The notes under the pieces: generated by a model
The model's input: the letters and a program-made list of their open reading frames with translations, nothing else
Database searches by the model: none
What the model was told of the DNA's origin: nothing
Sequence record: OR896157.1
DNA length: 64,000 bases
Strand: one strand, 5' to 3'
From: a phage
Shown here: one piece after another, positions 12,896-22,098 of the stretch
Layout: each line of letters starts with the position of its first letter
How positions within the stretch are numbered: the first letter of the stretch is position 1
Made by a program: the position numbers and the translations under genes

Positions 12896-13144
12896 TTAGA
12901 ATTTAATTTTGAAAGACTGACCTTGATAGTCAGCATTGAACTCATATGAGAAGCCATTTTTAGAAAAGAATACTTTCATAGCTTCTACATTATTGCTCCA
13001 TTTTTCTGGAACAATATAAAACGTTTCAAACTTACCACGTTGTGCTGCGTTCCGCAGGTTATCTTTAATATGAGCTTTAATATCTTCTGGTAGTTCATCA
13101 CGCACACCCTGTGCCAATGCTCTGTATTCTTGAGCTAGACTCAT
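12896..13144 (-). CDS. hypothetical protein
   Basis: 82 aa from first ATG with GGTGA Shine-Dalgarno (track start 13153 is GTG); precedes rnlB on the same strand. Confidence 0.55.
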   Translation of the reverse strand: MSLAQEYRALAQGVRDELPEDIKAHIKDNLRNAAQRGKFETFYIVPEKWSNNVEAMKVFFSKNGFSYEFNADYQGQSFKIKF

Positions 13145-13258
13145 TATAATCACCGTATAAATATCAATAATTAGGGAGGGTTCTATCCTTCTATGGTCAA
13201 GCGTATGTACTAGAAAGAATCCGTGAAACCATTATACCACGCGGATTCTTTAAGCATA

Positions 13259-13612
13259 TTATAGAGGGATTACTTTATACTTCTTATTGCCACGAGCATC
13301 ACGCTTACAAACTAATTTGCACTTCGTACCGCTTGCGATAGTGTAGTCTTCATCAACCTTCATCCGCATCCAGTCTAATACCATTCCAGATGGGTTAAAA
13401 GATTTTTCAACTTCAACCATAATCTTCGTTCCAGATTTATAGAACTTCGATTCTTGTTGTACATGGTCAGCCAATGCTCGAGAAAATGCAGACGGACTCA
13501 GGAATTTGTTATAACCATGAGCTGCAGCTACAAATGTGTTATCTAATGCATGCTGAATGTTTTTGATAACTACCTTAGAATATCCAAGGTGTTTTTCAGG
13601 ATACTGATTCAT
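13259..13612 (-). CDS. hypothetical protein
   Basis: 117 aa, ATG with GAGGGG Shine-Dalgarno. Confidence 0.6.
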   Translation of the reverse strand: MNQYPEKHLGYSKVVIKNIQHALDNTFVAAAHGYNKFLSPSAFSRALADHVQQESKFYKSGTKIMVEVEKSFNPSGMVLDWMRMKVDEDYTIASGTKCKLVCKRDARGNKKYKVIPL

Positions 13613-13838
13613 TAAATCCCCTCATATGTTTTACGAGTTGTTGATGACGAGATTCTACATCAGTATTAGATAAGCGTTTACGATAGACGATGATTTCTCT
13701 TCGTTTAACTCGTGACCGAGCGGCTTCAACCTTTGCGTAATGCAGTGCAGCTTCTTCTGGCTTAATGCCAGCTTCTCGAGCGATTTCAATAAAGCTCATG
13801 CCGTTTTCATGCTTAAAATGAATCTCAATCGGTGTCAT
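13596..13838 (-). CDS. hypothetical small protein with helix-turn-helix-like segment
   Basis: 80 aa; segment MSFIEIAREAGIKPEEAALHYAK resembles an HTH; overlaps the next ORF by 17 nt. Confidence 0.5.
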   Translation of the reverse strand: MTPIEIHFKHENGMSFIEIAREAGIKPEEAALHYAKVEAARSRVKRREIIVYRKRLSNTDVESRHQQLVKHMRGFNESVS

Positions 13839-13893
13839 TACTTTATCCTACAGTGAAAGTTGTTGGTATAATACCACTCTCTAGAAAAAGCAA

Positions 13894-13913
13894 AAGGAGC
13901 CCGAAGGCTCCTT
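13894..13913 (-). terminator. C(UUCG)G hairpin terminator downstream of hoc
   Basis: Plus-strand AAGGAGCC-CGAA-GGCTCCTT, i.e. UUCG loop in minus-strand RNA; followed on the minus strand by TTGCTTTTT. Confidence 0.6.
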
Positions 13914-15317
13914 TTAATAGATGATGCCAGCTTCTAAAGCTGAACGATGAACAATACGTCCATTCCGTGATTCTTGCACATCAACTTCTGGATAATCATC
14001 TAGCATTTTAGCTAGTGTATATCGGTGCAAGTAATAATCGCTGTCGGTGTCATCAAGTTTCCAATCTTTTCCTGCGACAGTCATTTCTTGGATTTCATCC
14101 ATGACCCACCAACCACACCAGATATAGGCTGTTCCTCGGAATGGCAGAGGATGAATATACGGAAGTTCTCCATCAGGGGCAGGAGCTACCCTTTTAGTAA
14201 TAGTTACATCACCAGTTGTAGTGACTGTAACAGGAGTGTAATCTTCTGCGGAAACATCAACAGAAACACCAATCACTTGGGACCCTATATCAGACGTGTC
14301 AATCACTAAAGTGCTAGTAGAACCTTCTACAGGAGAACCATCTTTAGTCCAAGAATAAACCCCAGTTGCACCTTCAGGAGCACCGATAACATTGGCTTTA
14401 AAAGACGCCTCAGACCCCTGCTCGGTCGTAATAGACTCAGGAGTCAAAGTAACTGAAACCCCGCTCATGGTCTTTTTGGTAATCGTTACATTACCGGTTT
14501 TAGTAACTGTAACGGGTTTATAATCTGGAGCAGAAACAACAGCAGAAACCTCAATTGCCTGCGACCCGATAGTGGATGTATCAATTTCTAGCGTACTTGT
14601 TGAGCCTTCTATAGGAGAACCGTCTTTGGCCCATGAGTAAGCTACAGATGCTCCCGCCGGCGCTCCAGTAACATCGGCTTTAAAAGATGCTTCTGCTCCC
14701 TTTTCAGCGGTAATTGAACTAGGCGTCAGAGTAACAGAAACACCACTCATGGTCTTTTTAGTGATGGTTACGCTAGCACCTTTGCTTACAGTCACTGGAT
14801 TGTAATCTGGTGCAGAAACTGTTGCTTCACAATTCAGAGTATAATTAGCCTCTGCTGACTCAGTTATGGTAATCGTTTTAGCAGTCTGACCTTCAATAAC
14901 GACAGTACCACGCTTCCAAACATAAGCAATGCTTGCACCTTCTGGAGCACCAACAACGTTAGCCGTAACTACCTGAGACTGGCCAATTTCTTTAGAAACA
15001 GAAGTCGGGCTCAAAGTTAAAGTAATCGCAGGCATAGTTTTGTTCTGAACTGTAAGAGTGGTTTCTGCCTCAGCAGTTTCTGCCTCACCCTCTGCTGGGG
15101 TAACAGTAGCAACTACTTTAACAGTCTTACTGCCGGCAGGTCCTGCAGCAACATAATTCATAGCTGCGGTGACAGAAGATTGTTTTACGCCATTTACTGT
15201 CCATACAAACGTTTCTGTGCCTTCAGCTGCGGCTCCAGAAGTTGTTGCAGTAAAATTGGTTGTTGCTCCAATGACTGCCGAAGCAGCCAAAGGAGCAATA
15301 GATACGCTATAAGCCAT
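13914..15317 (-). CDS. hoc: Hoc, highly immunogenic outer capsid protein (decoration protein with Ig-like domains)
   Basis: 467 aa; C-terminal domain ...APAPDGELPYIHPLPFRGTAYIWCGWWVMDEIQ... matches T4 Hoc capsid-binding domain as recalled; repeated Ig-like modules. Confidence 0.9.
   Translation of the reverse strand: MAYSVSIAPLAASAVIGATTNFTATTSGAAAEGTETFVWTVNGVKQSSVTAAMNYVAAGPAGSKTVKVVATVTPAEGEAETAEAETTLTVQNKTMPAITLTLSPTSVSKEIGQSQVVTANVVGAPEGASIAYVWKRGTVVIEGQTAKTITITESAEANYTLNCEATVSAPDYNPVTVSKGASVTITKKTMSGVSVTLTPSSITAEKGAEASFKADVTGAPAGASVAYSWAKDGSPIEGSTSTLEIDTSTIGSQAIEVSAVVSAPDYKPVTVTKTGNVTITKKTMSGVSVTLTPESITTEQGSEASFKANVIGAPEGATGVYSWTKDGSPVEGSTSTLVIDTSDIGSQVIGVSVDVSAEDYTPVTVTTTGDVTITKRVAPAPDGELPYIHPLPFRGTAYIWCGWWVMDEIQEMTVAGKDWKLDDTDSDYYLHRYTLAKMLDDYPEVDVQESRNGRIVHRSALEAGIIY
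14205..14768 (-). repeat. in-frame tandem duplication (2 x 282 nt) encoding two about 80 percent identical 94-aa Ig-like modules within hoc
   Basis: Protein residues 184-277 and 278-371 both begin TITKKTMSGVSVTLTP and align over their full length. Confidence 0.8.
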
Positions 15318-15326
15318 AGGTGTTCC

Positions 15327-16082
15327 TTATTTTAAAGTTACAAATGAAGAATTACGTGTTTCACGAATCATAACAGACCCGTTTCTTTTGATGTAATAAA
15401 TTAAACTGAACAGTGTCTGGTGTGCTGATGGGTGTCCAAACGATGTTGGACGAGATTTCCAATCAGGATTGTCTTTAATCCATTGGTAAATCCACCAAGG
15501 AAGAGTAACATATCCTGGATTCTTACCTAACAATTGGGTGTTTGGACTAAAGTTTTCAGGAAGTTCAACAATTTCTTCATTGTTAATAATTTTAACAGCC
15601 TTATCCATTTCTTCATTAAACTTTTCTTGGGTGATTGCAGTCACTGGAATAGTATGAACTTTATCATCTGCAACTGTAATCACGGAATCACCGATTGGGG
15701 CTTCAAGAATAACGCCTTTAACCGGGTCCATTGGCTTACCAAAATGAGGGTCGATATCAGTTACTTTCACTTGTGGCGCATCAGAAGATACAGAATCAAT
15801 CAATAGACGAGCTTCTTCTTTAGCCTCATCTTTAAAAATAGCAGTGCCTTTGGCCTCGTCGTCAGCTTGAATAAGGTCATAGATTGAAAGACCGTCATTC
15901 TGCTCTGGCATGGGTTCATTAGCAAGTTTGGCCAATTCGACTTCAAGGTCAGCGACCATATTGTCAAAGGCTTTAGTTTTCTTCAGCTTGATGCCGAAGG
16001 TTTCAGCGTACTCGGCAAGCTTTTCTTTGGCTTCTTTTTTCTCAAGTGCACCGATTTCAGCAATATAATCTTTATCTAACAT
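15327..16082 (-). CDS. inh: Inh, inhibitor of prohead protease (head protein)
   Basis: 251 aa from first ATG (track ORF extends 22 codons upstream); T4 position between hoc and uvsW. Confidence 0.75.
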   Translation of the reverse strand: MLDKDYIAEIGALEKKEAKEKLAEYAETFGIKLKKTKAFDNMVADLEVELAKLANEPMPEQNDGLSIYDLIQADDEAKGTAIFKDEAKEEARLLIDSVSSDAPQVKVTDIDPHFGKPMDPVKGVILEAPIGDSVITVADDKVHTIPVTAITQEKFNEEMDKAVKIINNEEIVELPENFSPNTQLLGKNPGYVTLPWWIYQWIKDNPDWKSRPTSFGHPSAHQTLFSLIYYIKRNGSVMIRETRNSSFVTLK

Positions 16083-16097
16083 AGTAGCCTCGTTGTG

Positions 16098-16105
16098 TAT
16101 AAATA
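16098..16105 (+). promoter_or_regulatory. T4-type late promoter TATAAATA for uvsW
   Basis: Exact TATAAATA 30 nt upstream of uvsW ATG. Confidence 0.55.
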
Positions 16106-16111
16106 TAAATG

Positions 16112-16119
16112 TATTTATA
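16112..16119 (-). promoter_or_regulatory. T4-type late promoter TATAAATA for inh/hoc (divergent from the uvsW promoter)
   Basis: Plus strand reads TATTTATA, i.e. TATAAATA on the minus strand, about 30 nt upstream of inh ATG. Confidence 0.55.
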
Positions 16120-16134
16120 ACTAAGGAATCGGCA

Positions 16135-17637
16135 ATGCACGATATCAATGTAAAATTTCATGATTTTAGTCATGTGTTTATTGAGTGTGATGAATCCACA
16201 TTCCATGAACTAAGAGACTATTTTAGTTTTGAAGCTGATGGCTACAAATTCAATCCAAAGTATCGTTATGGACATTGGGATGGACGTATTCGTCTTCTGA
16301 ACTATGACCGTCTGTTACCGTTCGGCCTAGTCGGACAAATCCGTAAATTCGCAAATAGCATGGGTTATTCAGTTTACTTCGAACCGAAGATTTTTGAGAC
16401 TGAAGAAATAACTCGCAAAGATTTTGATGACTGGCTTGGTAATCTCAATATTTACTCTGGGAGTAAAAAGATTGAGCCTCACTGGTATCAGAAAGATGCT
16501 GTGTTTGAAGGGTTAGTGAATCGTCGTCGAATTTTGAACCTTCCAACATCTGCTGGTAAATCTTTAATCCAATGCTTACTTGCGCGTTATTATGTTGAGA
16601 ACTATGAAGGTAAAATTTTAATCATCGTTCCAACAACAGCATTAGTTGACCAGATGATTAATGACTTCTGTGATTATCGTCTGTTTGGCAAACAACATTG
16701 TCTTGGTATTCGCTCAGGTACAAAGCGCGATTCAGATGCAATGATTTATGTTGCCACCTGGCAGACAGCCGTTAAACAACCAAAAGAATGGTTTCACCAA
16801 TTCGGCATGATGATGAATGACGAATGTCATCTGGCTACTGGCAAATCTATTTCAACTATCGTTGCTGGTTTAAATAATTGCATGTTTAAGTTCGGCTTGT
16901 CTGGTTCATTAAAAGACGGCAAAGCTAACGTGATGCAGTATGTTGGAATGTTCGGTGAAATTTTCCGTCCAGTTTCAACATCTCAGCTCATGGAAGATGG
17001 TCAAGTAACTGACTTAAAAATTAACTCAATCTTCCTTCGTTACCCAGACGAATTCACCACTAAAATGAAAGGTAAAACTTACCAAGAAGAAATCAAGGTA
17101 ATTACCAGCGCAAAACGTCGTAACAAATGGGTAGCTAATTTAGCTGTAAAACTGGCCAAAAGAAATGAAAACGCGTTCTTGATGTTCAAACATGTTGCTC
17201 ATGGTAAAGAGCTGTTTGAAATGATTAAAGAACTTGGACATGAGAAGGTGTATTACGTTTCAGGCGAAGTATCAACTGAAGTTCGTAACGCATTGAAGGT
17301 AATGGCTGAAAACGGTACGGGGATTATTGTAGTTGCATCTTACGGTGTATTCTCTACTGGTATTTCCGTTAAGAATCTTCACCATGTTATTTTAGCTCAT
17401 CCAGTTAAGTCTAAAATTATCGTTCTGCAGACTATCGGTCGTGTACTTCGTAAGCATGATTCTAAATCAATTGCTACAGTATGGGATATCATCGATGATA
17501 TGGGTGTTAAACCAAAATCAGCAAATGCCAAGAAGAAATACGTTCATTTGAACTATGCTTTAAAGCACGCGCTGGAGCGCATTCAGAGATATGCAGACGA
17601 AAAATTCAATTACGTAATGAAACAAATCGATATTTGA
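16135..17637 (+). CDS. uvsW: UvsW DNA/RNA helicase (recombination and repair)
   Basis: 500 aa from ATG at 16135 (AAGGAA Shine-Dalgarno); near-identical to T4 UvsW as recalled (...HWYQKDAVFEGLVNRRRILNLPTSAGKSLIQ...). Confidence 0.95.
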   Translation: MHDINVKFHDFSHVFIECDESTFHELRDYFSFEADGYKFNPKYRYGHWDGRIRLLNYDRLLPFGLVGQIRKFANSMGYSVYFEPKIFETEEITRKDFDDWLGNLNIYSGSKKIEPHWYQKDAVFEGLVNRRRILNLPTSAGKSLIQCLLARYYVENYEGKILIIVPTTALVDQMINDFCDYRLFGKQHCLGIRSGTKRDSDAMIYVATWQTAVKQPKEWFHQFGMMMNDECHLATGKSISTIVAGLNNCMFKFGLSGSLKDGKANVMQYVGMFGEIFRPVSTSQLMEDGQVTDLKINSIFLRYPDEFTTKMKGKTYQEEIKVITSAKRRNKWVANLAVKLAKRNENAFLMFKHVAHGKELFEMIKELGHEKVYYVSGEVSTEVRNALKVMAENGTGIIVVASYGVFSTGISVKNLHHVILAHPVKSKIIVLQTIGRVLRKHDSKSIATVWDIIDDMGVKPKSANAKKKYVHLNYALKHALERIQRYADEKFNYVMKQIDI

Positions 17638-17644
17638 GGAAGCT

Positions 17645-17884
17645 ATGAGCAATCTTAAAACTTTTGAACAAATCATTTACGAGGCATCGATTGATAACTT
17701 CATGAGCAAAATTAATTCTTGTCAGACTTTAGATGGTTTGAAAGAGCTTGAGAAGTATTATGAGAAGCGCTCAAAAGAAGCTGAGCTGGCTGATTCTGAT
17801 GACATCAGTGTACGGGATGCTTTGGCGGGGCGTCGAGCTGAACTCGAAGCTGCAGATGATTCTGAGTCGGAAGAAGACTTCTAA
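17645..17884 (+). CDS. uvsW.1: UvsW.1 small acidic protein
   Basis: 79 aa, acidic C-terminus, directly downstream of uvsW as in T4. Confidence 0.8.
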   Translation: MSNLKTFEQIIYEASIDNFMSKINSCQTLDGLKELEKYYEKRSKEAELADSDDISVRDALAGRRAELEAADDSESEEDF

Positions 17885-17889
17885 TAAAA

Positions 17890-17916
17890 AGGCCCCTCGA
17901 AAGAGGGGCAAACCAC
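17890..17916 (-). terminator. hairpin terminator at end of the minus-strand uvsY operon
   Basis: GCCCCTC-GAAA-GAGGGGC with T-run on the minus strand (A-run on plus). Confidence 0.5.
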
Positions 17917-17936
17917 AAGTGGCATAAAACACTAGG

Positions 17937-18104
17937 CTACATTAAAAGTTGCGTTTCATTTAATTGCTCTTCTGCGCTTTCGCTTACCGGCAATTCAATC
18001 GCATAATTATAACAAGCACCTGGATGAACAGGGCCTTTATCTGTTTCAACAACCAACGCCGAATCAATCGGTTGCTTACAGACAGCACAAATCTTTTCAG
18101 ACAT
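17937..18104 (-). CDS. small CxxC protein (uvsY-downstream ORF, uvsY.-2-like)
   Basis: 55 aa from ATG with GAGGAG Shine-Dalgarno; Cys pair CAVC plus a later Cys. Confidence 0.55.
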   Translation of the reverse strand: MSEKICAVCKQPIDSALVVETDKGPVHPGACYNYAIELPVSESAEEQLNETQLLM

Positions 18105-18137
18105 GATTGTCTCCTCAGTTATTAACAATTCTATTTA

Positions 18138-18551
18138 TTAGTCACCTGCTTCAAACCTACGCATATCAATAATATGCTTGATTGAGAATCCACGAGATTT
18201 GATAGCATCCATCGCATCACGACAGAACTCCAACAAAATACCCCAATATTGCAAACTTGTATCAATACGAAGAACTTCTTTATCAGCAGACAGAACAGTC
18301 TTCATTTCGGACTTTTCATAACGGTCCATGCTGAACTCGTCACCATCGCCTCTGCCTGTGTAATAATCCAACTTCTGCTTTAACGCGGACTTCTTCGAAG
18401 CCTCGATGCGAAGCATTTCTTTACGAATAGCAGACAATTTTGTCAACCATTTACCATAAAGAACTGGATTATTAGCTGCTTCATACTGCAATTTAGTTGA
18501 ATCAATAATCAAATCTTGTTTCAACTCTTCCTGTAAATCTTCAAGCTTCAT
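18138..18551 (-). CDS. uvsY: UvsY recombination mediator protein
   Basis: 137 aa from first ATG (track start is GTG), same length as T4 UvsY and about 85 percent identical as recalled. Confidence 0.95.
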   Translation of the reverse strand: MKLEDLQEELKQDLIIDSTKLQYEAANNPVLYGKWLTKLSAIRKEMLRIEASKKSALKQKLDYYTGRGDGDEFSMDRYEKSEMKTVLSADKEVLRIDTSLQYWGILLEFCRDAMDAIKSRGFSIKHIIDMRRFEAGD

Positions 18552-18627
18552 AATCACCTTTCTTTGTTCAATTTGTTACTCTAGCAAGGAACTCAAAACC
18601 ATTATAACCATCTTGAAATGAAAGCGA

Positions 18628-19026
18628 TTAGTTACGGCTTGAGCTTGCCAACTGAAGCTTAATCTGCTCAAGGTCGTCCGGGTTGTCAACTACAGAGAAC
18701 CGAACTTCAACGATAAGCGTATGGTCATCGTAAACCGGAGTAACATTCACTTGTAGACGACGGACTCGCGGTTCATAGTTTCTTATAGCAGATATGATAT
18801 TTCGTTCTACTGTATCAGCTGTCAGAGGAGTCATGTTCTCGAAAAGCTGGTCTTGTAAATCACACCCAAAGTTAGGGTCGAATGGACGGCTTCCCTTTCT
18901 TGTTGTTATAATACCTAAAAGAGAGTTTTTAATTGCTCGTAACCCACGAGCACGTGCCACGTCTTTGGACCAATCCATTTTAAGTTCAGGGTCCAAATCC
19001 GAATAAAGGTCATTTATATTTGCCAT
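18628..19026 (-). CDS. 25: baseplate wedge protein gp25
   Basis: 132 aa, same length as T4 gp25; MANIN.LYSD...TRKGSRPFDP.FGCDL matches T4 as recalled. Confidence 0.96.
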   Translation of the reverse strand: MANINDLYSDLDPELKMDWSKDVARARGLRAIKNSLLGIITTRKGSRPFDPNFGCDLQDQLFENMTPLTADTVERNIISAIRNYEPRVRRLQVNVTPVYDDHTLIVEVRFSVVDNPDDLEQIKLQLASSSRN

Positions 19027-19655
19027 TACAGATACCTGAAGAATTCTTTAAGGCCTTTAATCACTTCAACGTGAGTTGCTCCGCATTTCTGACATTTCAC
19101 AGGAACTGCTAGATAAACGGTAGGCTTTAAAAGCATATTTTTGATGCGGATAATATCCTCTTCAGTGATAGCTGAGTAAAGGTCATCGATTTCTTTGTCA
19201 TTCAAATCTTCGATTGAAATGGTTTCACCATTCACATAGATGTACTCGATGCACGTAGCAATCATCTGTGCGATGTTCTTATCATCGAATAATTTTGGAT
19301 AACGAAGCTTAAGTTTAAAATTCGCTAGAGGATACCAGAGTTCCTCTGGTTCATCGATTTGTGCAGATGTAAAGTTAATCGGTGTTAATGTTTCGTGACC
19401 TTCTGGACATATCCAGATGTTCTCATGATTAACCTCACCTAATGAGTGAGACCATAACTGAATCAGCAGAAGTTCTGATTCTTGCTTGTTAAGGTTTTTC
19501 GCTGATGTACAATTATTAATCAGCCGTTTTACTACTTCATCAATGTTTCCATTGATTTTGCCATCGATGAGCTCTTTGTATTCTTCTAACGTAAAAGCTC
19601 TGCATTGAATATCAGAGCCATTAATCTGGACTTCAAATTTGTAATCGTAGTTCAT
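19026..19655 (-). CDS. 26: baseplate hub protein gp26
   Basis: 209 aa (T4 gp26 208 aa); start overlaps gene 25. Confidence 0.9.
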   Translation of the reverse strand: MNYDYKFEVQINGSDIQCRAFTLEEYKELIDGKINGNIDEVVKRLINNCTSAKNLNKQESELLLIQLWSHSLGEVNHENIWICPEGHETLTPINFTSAQIDEPEELWYPLANFKLKLRYPKLFDDKNIAQMIATCIEYIYVNGETISIEDLNDKEIDDLYSAITEEDIIRIKNMLLKPTVYLAVPVKCQKCGATHVEVIKGLKEFFRYL

Positions 19656-19662
19656 ATTAGCT

Positions 19663-19670
19663 CCTTACGG
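19663..19670 (-). promoter_or_regulatory. T4-type late promoter TATAAATA for gene 26
   Basis: Plus strand TATTTATA; overlaps the divergent gene 51 promoter within the motif TATTTATAAATA. Confidence 0.5.
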
Positions 19671-19674
19671 ACTA
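19667..19674 (+). promoter_or_regulatory. T4-type late promoter TATAAATA for gene 51
   Basis: Exact TATAAATA about 30 nt upstream of gene 51 ATG. Confidence 0.55.
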
Positions 19675-19704
19675 TTTATAAATATTTCAATAAAGGAGAC
19701 CTCT

Positions 19705-20457
19705 ATGGCCAATATAATTCGTTGTGTACTACCGGACGGGGTCCATCGTTTTAAACCCTTCACGGTAGCTGATTACAGAGATTTTCTTCTGGTTCGTAAC
19801 GACATGCAACACAAAACTTACGAAGAGCAGAAGGTGATTATAAAAGAACTTTTAGCTGATTACTTTGGTGAATATCCAGAGACTTTACGTCCATACATGT
19901 TCATGAAGGTATTCACTGGCTCAATCGGTAAAACAAAAATTCCGGTGGCTTTCACTTGTCCGACTTGCGAAAAACAAAAGCAAGTTCTGTTTGATATCAG
20001 TCAAGAGGATTTGGTTGAACCGACAATCGAAGTAGCTGGAATCACAATAGCTTTTAAATTTCCTGAGAGGGAATATGAAGATAAAGCTGCAATGATTTAC
20101 GATTGCATTAAAGCAATTAAATACAACAATCAATGGTATCCTTGGAAAGAGATGTCAGAAGACAACCAAATCCAAGTAATAGAAGCAATTGACTTCACAA
20201 CGTTTGAAAAGATTTACACTCAATTAACTCCGATGAGATTTGAGCTTAAGATGAAATGTTGTGAGTTGAGAACAAACGTGTATGAAGACATTTTATCAGT
20301 CTTTAAGCTTCTGATAAACCCGGATGAAATTTTTAGCTTCTACCAAATCAATCACACTCTTGTTAAAAGTTCATACGATTTGAATAGTATAATGGGTATG
20401 ATTCCAATCGAGCGAAGCATCGCCCTTTCGTTAGTAGAGAAGGACAATAAGAAATGA
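19705..20457 (+). CDS. 51: baseplate hub assembly protein gp51
   Basis: 250 aa (T4 gp51 249 aa); divergent from 26 as in T4. Confidence 0.9.
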   Translation: MANIIRCVLPDGVHRFKPFTVADYRDFLLVRNDMQHKTYEEQKVIIKELLADYFGEYPETLRPYMFMKVFTGSIGKTKIPVAFTCPTCEKQKQVLFDISQEDLVEPTIEVAGITIAFKFPEREYEDKAAMIYDCIKAIKYNNQWYPWKEMSEDNQIQVIEAIDFTTFEKIYTQLTPMRFELKMKCCELRTNVYEDILSVFKLLINPDEIFSFYQINHTLVKSSYDLNSIMGMIPIERSIALSLVEKDNKK

Positions 20458-21638
20458 CAGTACTACAACGTCCAGGTTTTCCTAACTTAAGCATAAAGCT
20501 CTATGAAAATTACGATGCTTGGTTAGATAACCGTTTCCTTGAATTAGCAGCAACTGTAACGACACTCACTATGCGCGATGGTCTTTATGGAAGAAATGAA
20601 GGAATGCTGCAATTCTATGATAACAAAAATATGCATACCAAAATGAATGGTGACCAAATCATTCAAATTTCTGTGGCCAATGCAAATAGTAAAAGAACAT
20701 TGAACCGCATTTATGGATGCAAACACTTTTCGGTTTCGGTTGACTCTAAAGGCGATAACATCATCGCAATTCAACTTGGATTGGTGCATGAGATTATCAA
20801 CCTCAAATTTAGTCGTTGTTTCTTCAACGACGCTGGAGAGTCAATTAAAGAGATGATTGGTGTAATTTACCAAGACACTCCTCATATTGCTCCAGCTATA
20901 AACTCAATTAACACTTACGTTCCACGAGTTCCATGGACGAGTACGTTAAAAGACTATTTAGCTTGGGTTAGAGAAATATCTCTTGCTGTTGAAAGTGACC
21001 AGTTCGTGTTTGTGTGGGAAGATATCTATGGCATCAACATGATGGACTACGCGTTTATGATTGCCCAAGAGCCTATCCCGGTTGTTGTTGGTGAACCTCG
21101 CCAAATTGGCCAAATGATTAATGAACTGAACACCGACCTTGCTTATAATTTCGAGTGGCTTACTAAAGCTAATCAATTCACGCGTAACCCAATGGCTAAT
21201 GCTACATTTTATGCCCACAGCTTCTTGGATAACCAATTCCCTCGAATTATTACTGGCGATGGTTATAACTCGGTTTTGGTATCTCGCTCAGGTTCATATT
21301 CTGAAATGACTTATCGTAATGCATATGAAGAAGCTTTACGATTAGGAACAATGGCGCAATATGACGGTTATGCTAAGTGCACTATGGTTGGTAACTTTGA
21401 ATATACTCCAGGAAAAAAGATAAACTTCTTTGACCCTAAAAACCAATTCCGCACAAACTTTTACGTAGATGAAGTTATTCATGAAGTTTCTAACAACCAG
21501 TCAATAACTACATTATACATGTTTACTAACGGACAGAACTTAAGTCCAGTAGAACCAATTAAGGTGAAAAATGAATTTAAACCTAATACTTCCAATGAAA
21601 ACAATTCAAGTGAACCAGAAGGAAATAAAAATTCCTAA
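20454..21638 (+). CDS. 27: baseplate hub protein gp27
   Basis: 394 aa (T4 gp27 391 aa); highly similar to T4 gp27 as recalled. Confidence 0.95.
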   Translation: MTVLQRPGFPNLSIKLYENYDAWLDNRFLELAATVTTLTMRDGLYGRNEGMLQFYDNKNMHTKMNGDQIIQISVANANSKRTLNRIYGCKHFSVSVDSKGDNIIAIQLGLVHEIINLKFSRCFFNDAGESIKEMIGVIYQDTPHIAPAINSINTYVPRVPWTSTLKDYLAWVREISLAVESDQFVFVWEDIYGINMMDYAFMIAQEPIPVVVGEPRQIGQMINELNTDLAYNFEWLTKANQFTRNPMANATFYAHSFLDNQFPRIITGDGYNSVLVSRSGSYSEMTYRNAYEEALRLGTMAQYDGYAKCTMVGNFEYTPGKKINFFDPKNQFRTNFYVDEVIHEVSNNQSITTLYMFTNGQNLSPVEPIKVKNEFKPNTSNENNSSEPEGNKNS

Positions 21639-22098
21639 GCTTGGATTGAAGCATCACAACATGCTGAAAGAAGTTAAATCTCCGGAAGAGAATTTATCGC
21701 TGCTGATTAATTCAATTCATCCAGGTTTAACACCAGCCGAAATCGATTACGTTTCAATTCATTTACTTGAGTTCAACGGTAAGATTAAAAGTAAGGTAGT
21801 CAAAGATGATTTTGAATATGACCTTTCAACTTTAAGAATTGTTCAACGATTAGAATTTCAATTCGCTGGTCATACTTTCAAATTCAGAGCTCCTAAGCAG
21901 TTTGAAGGATTTGGCGGTGTTGATAAGATGCTTTCAAAATGCCTTGAAACGGTAGACGGTAAAAAAGAAGATGTCGACTTCATGAAGATGCCAGCATTTG
22001 TAACTAAATGGGCAGACGACATTTCAAGTACCGTAGCAGTAAGCGGCCCTAATGGCGACATCAGAGGAGTTGCCAAAATCATAGGAATTTTTGAATGA
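21571..22098 (+). CDS. 28: baseplate hub distal protein gp28
   Basis: 175 aa (T4 gp28 177 aa); overlaps gene 27 3' end, so start may be the internal ATG near 21595. Confidence 0.85.
   Translation: MNLNLILPMKTIQVNQKEIKIPKLGLKHHNMLKEVKSPEENLSLLINSIHPGLTPAEIDYVSIHLLEFNGKIKSKVVKDDFEYDLSTLRIVQRLEFQFAGHTFKFRAPKQFEGFGGVDKMLSKCLETVDGKKEDVDFMKMPAFVTKWADDISSTVAVSGPNGDIRGVAKIIGIFE

Noticed and set aside
13156-13163. Plus-strand TATAAATA upstream of the 12896-13144 ORF
   Set aside because: No plus-strand gene downstream; probably a chance match or antisense late transcript, so not annotated as a promoter
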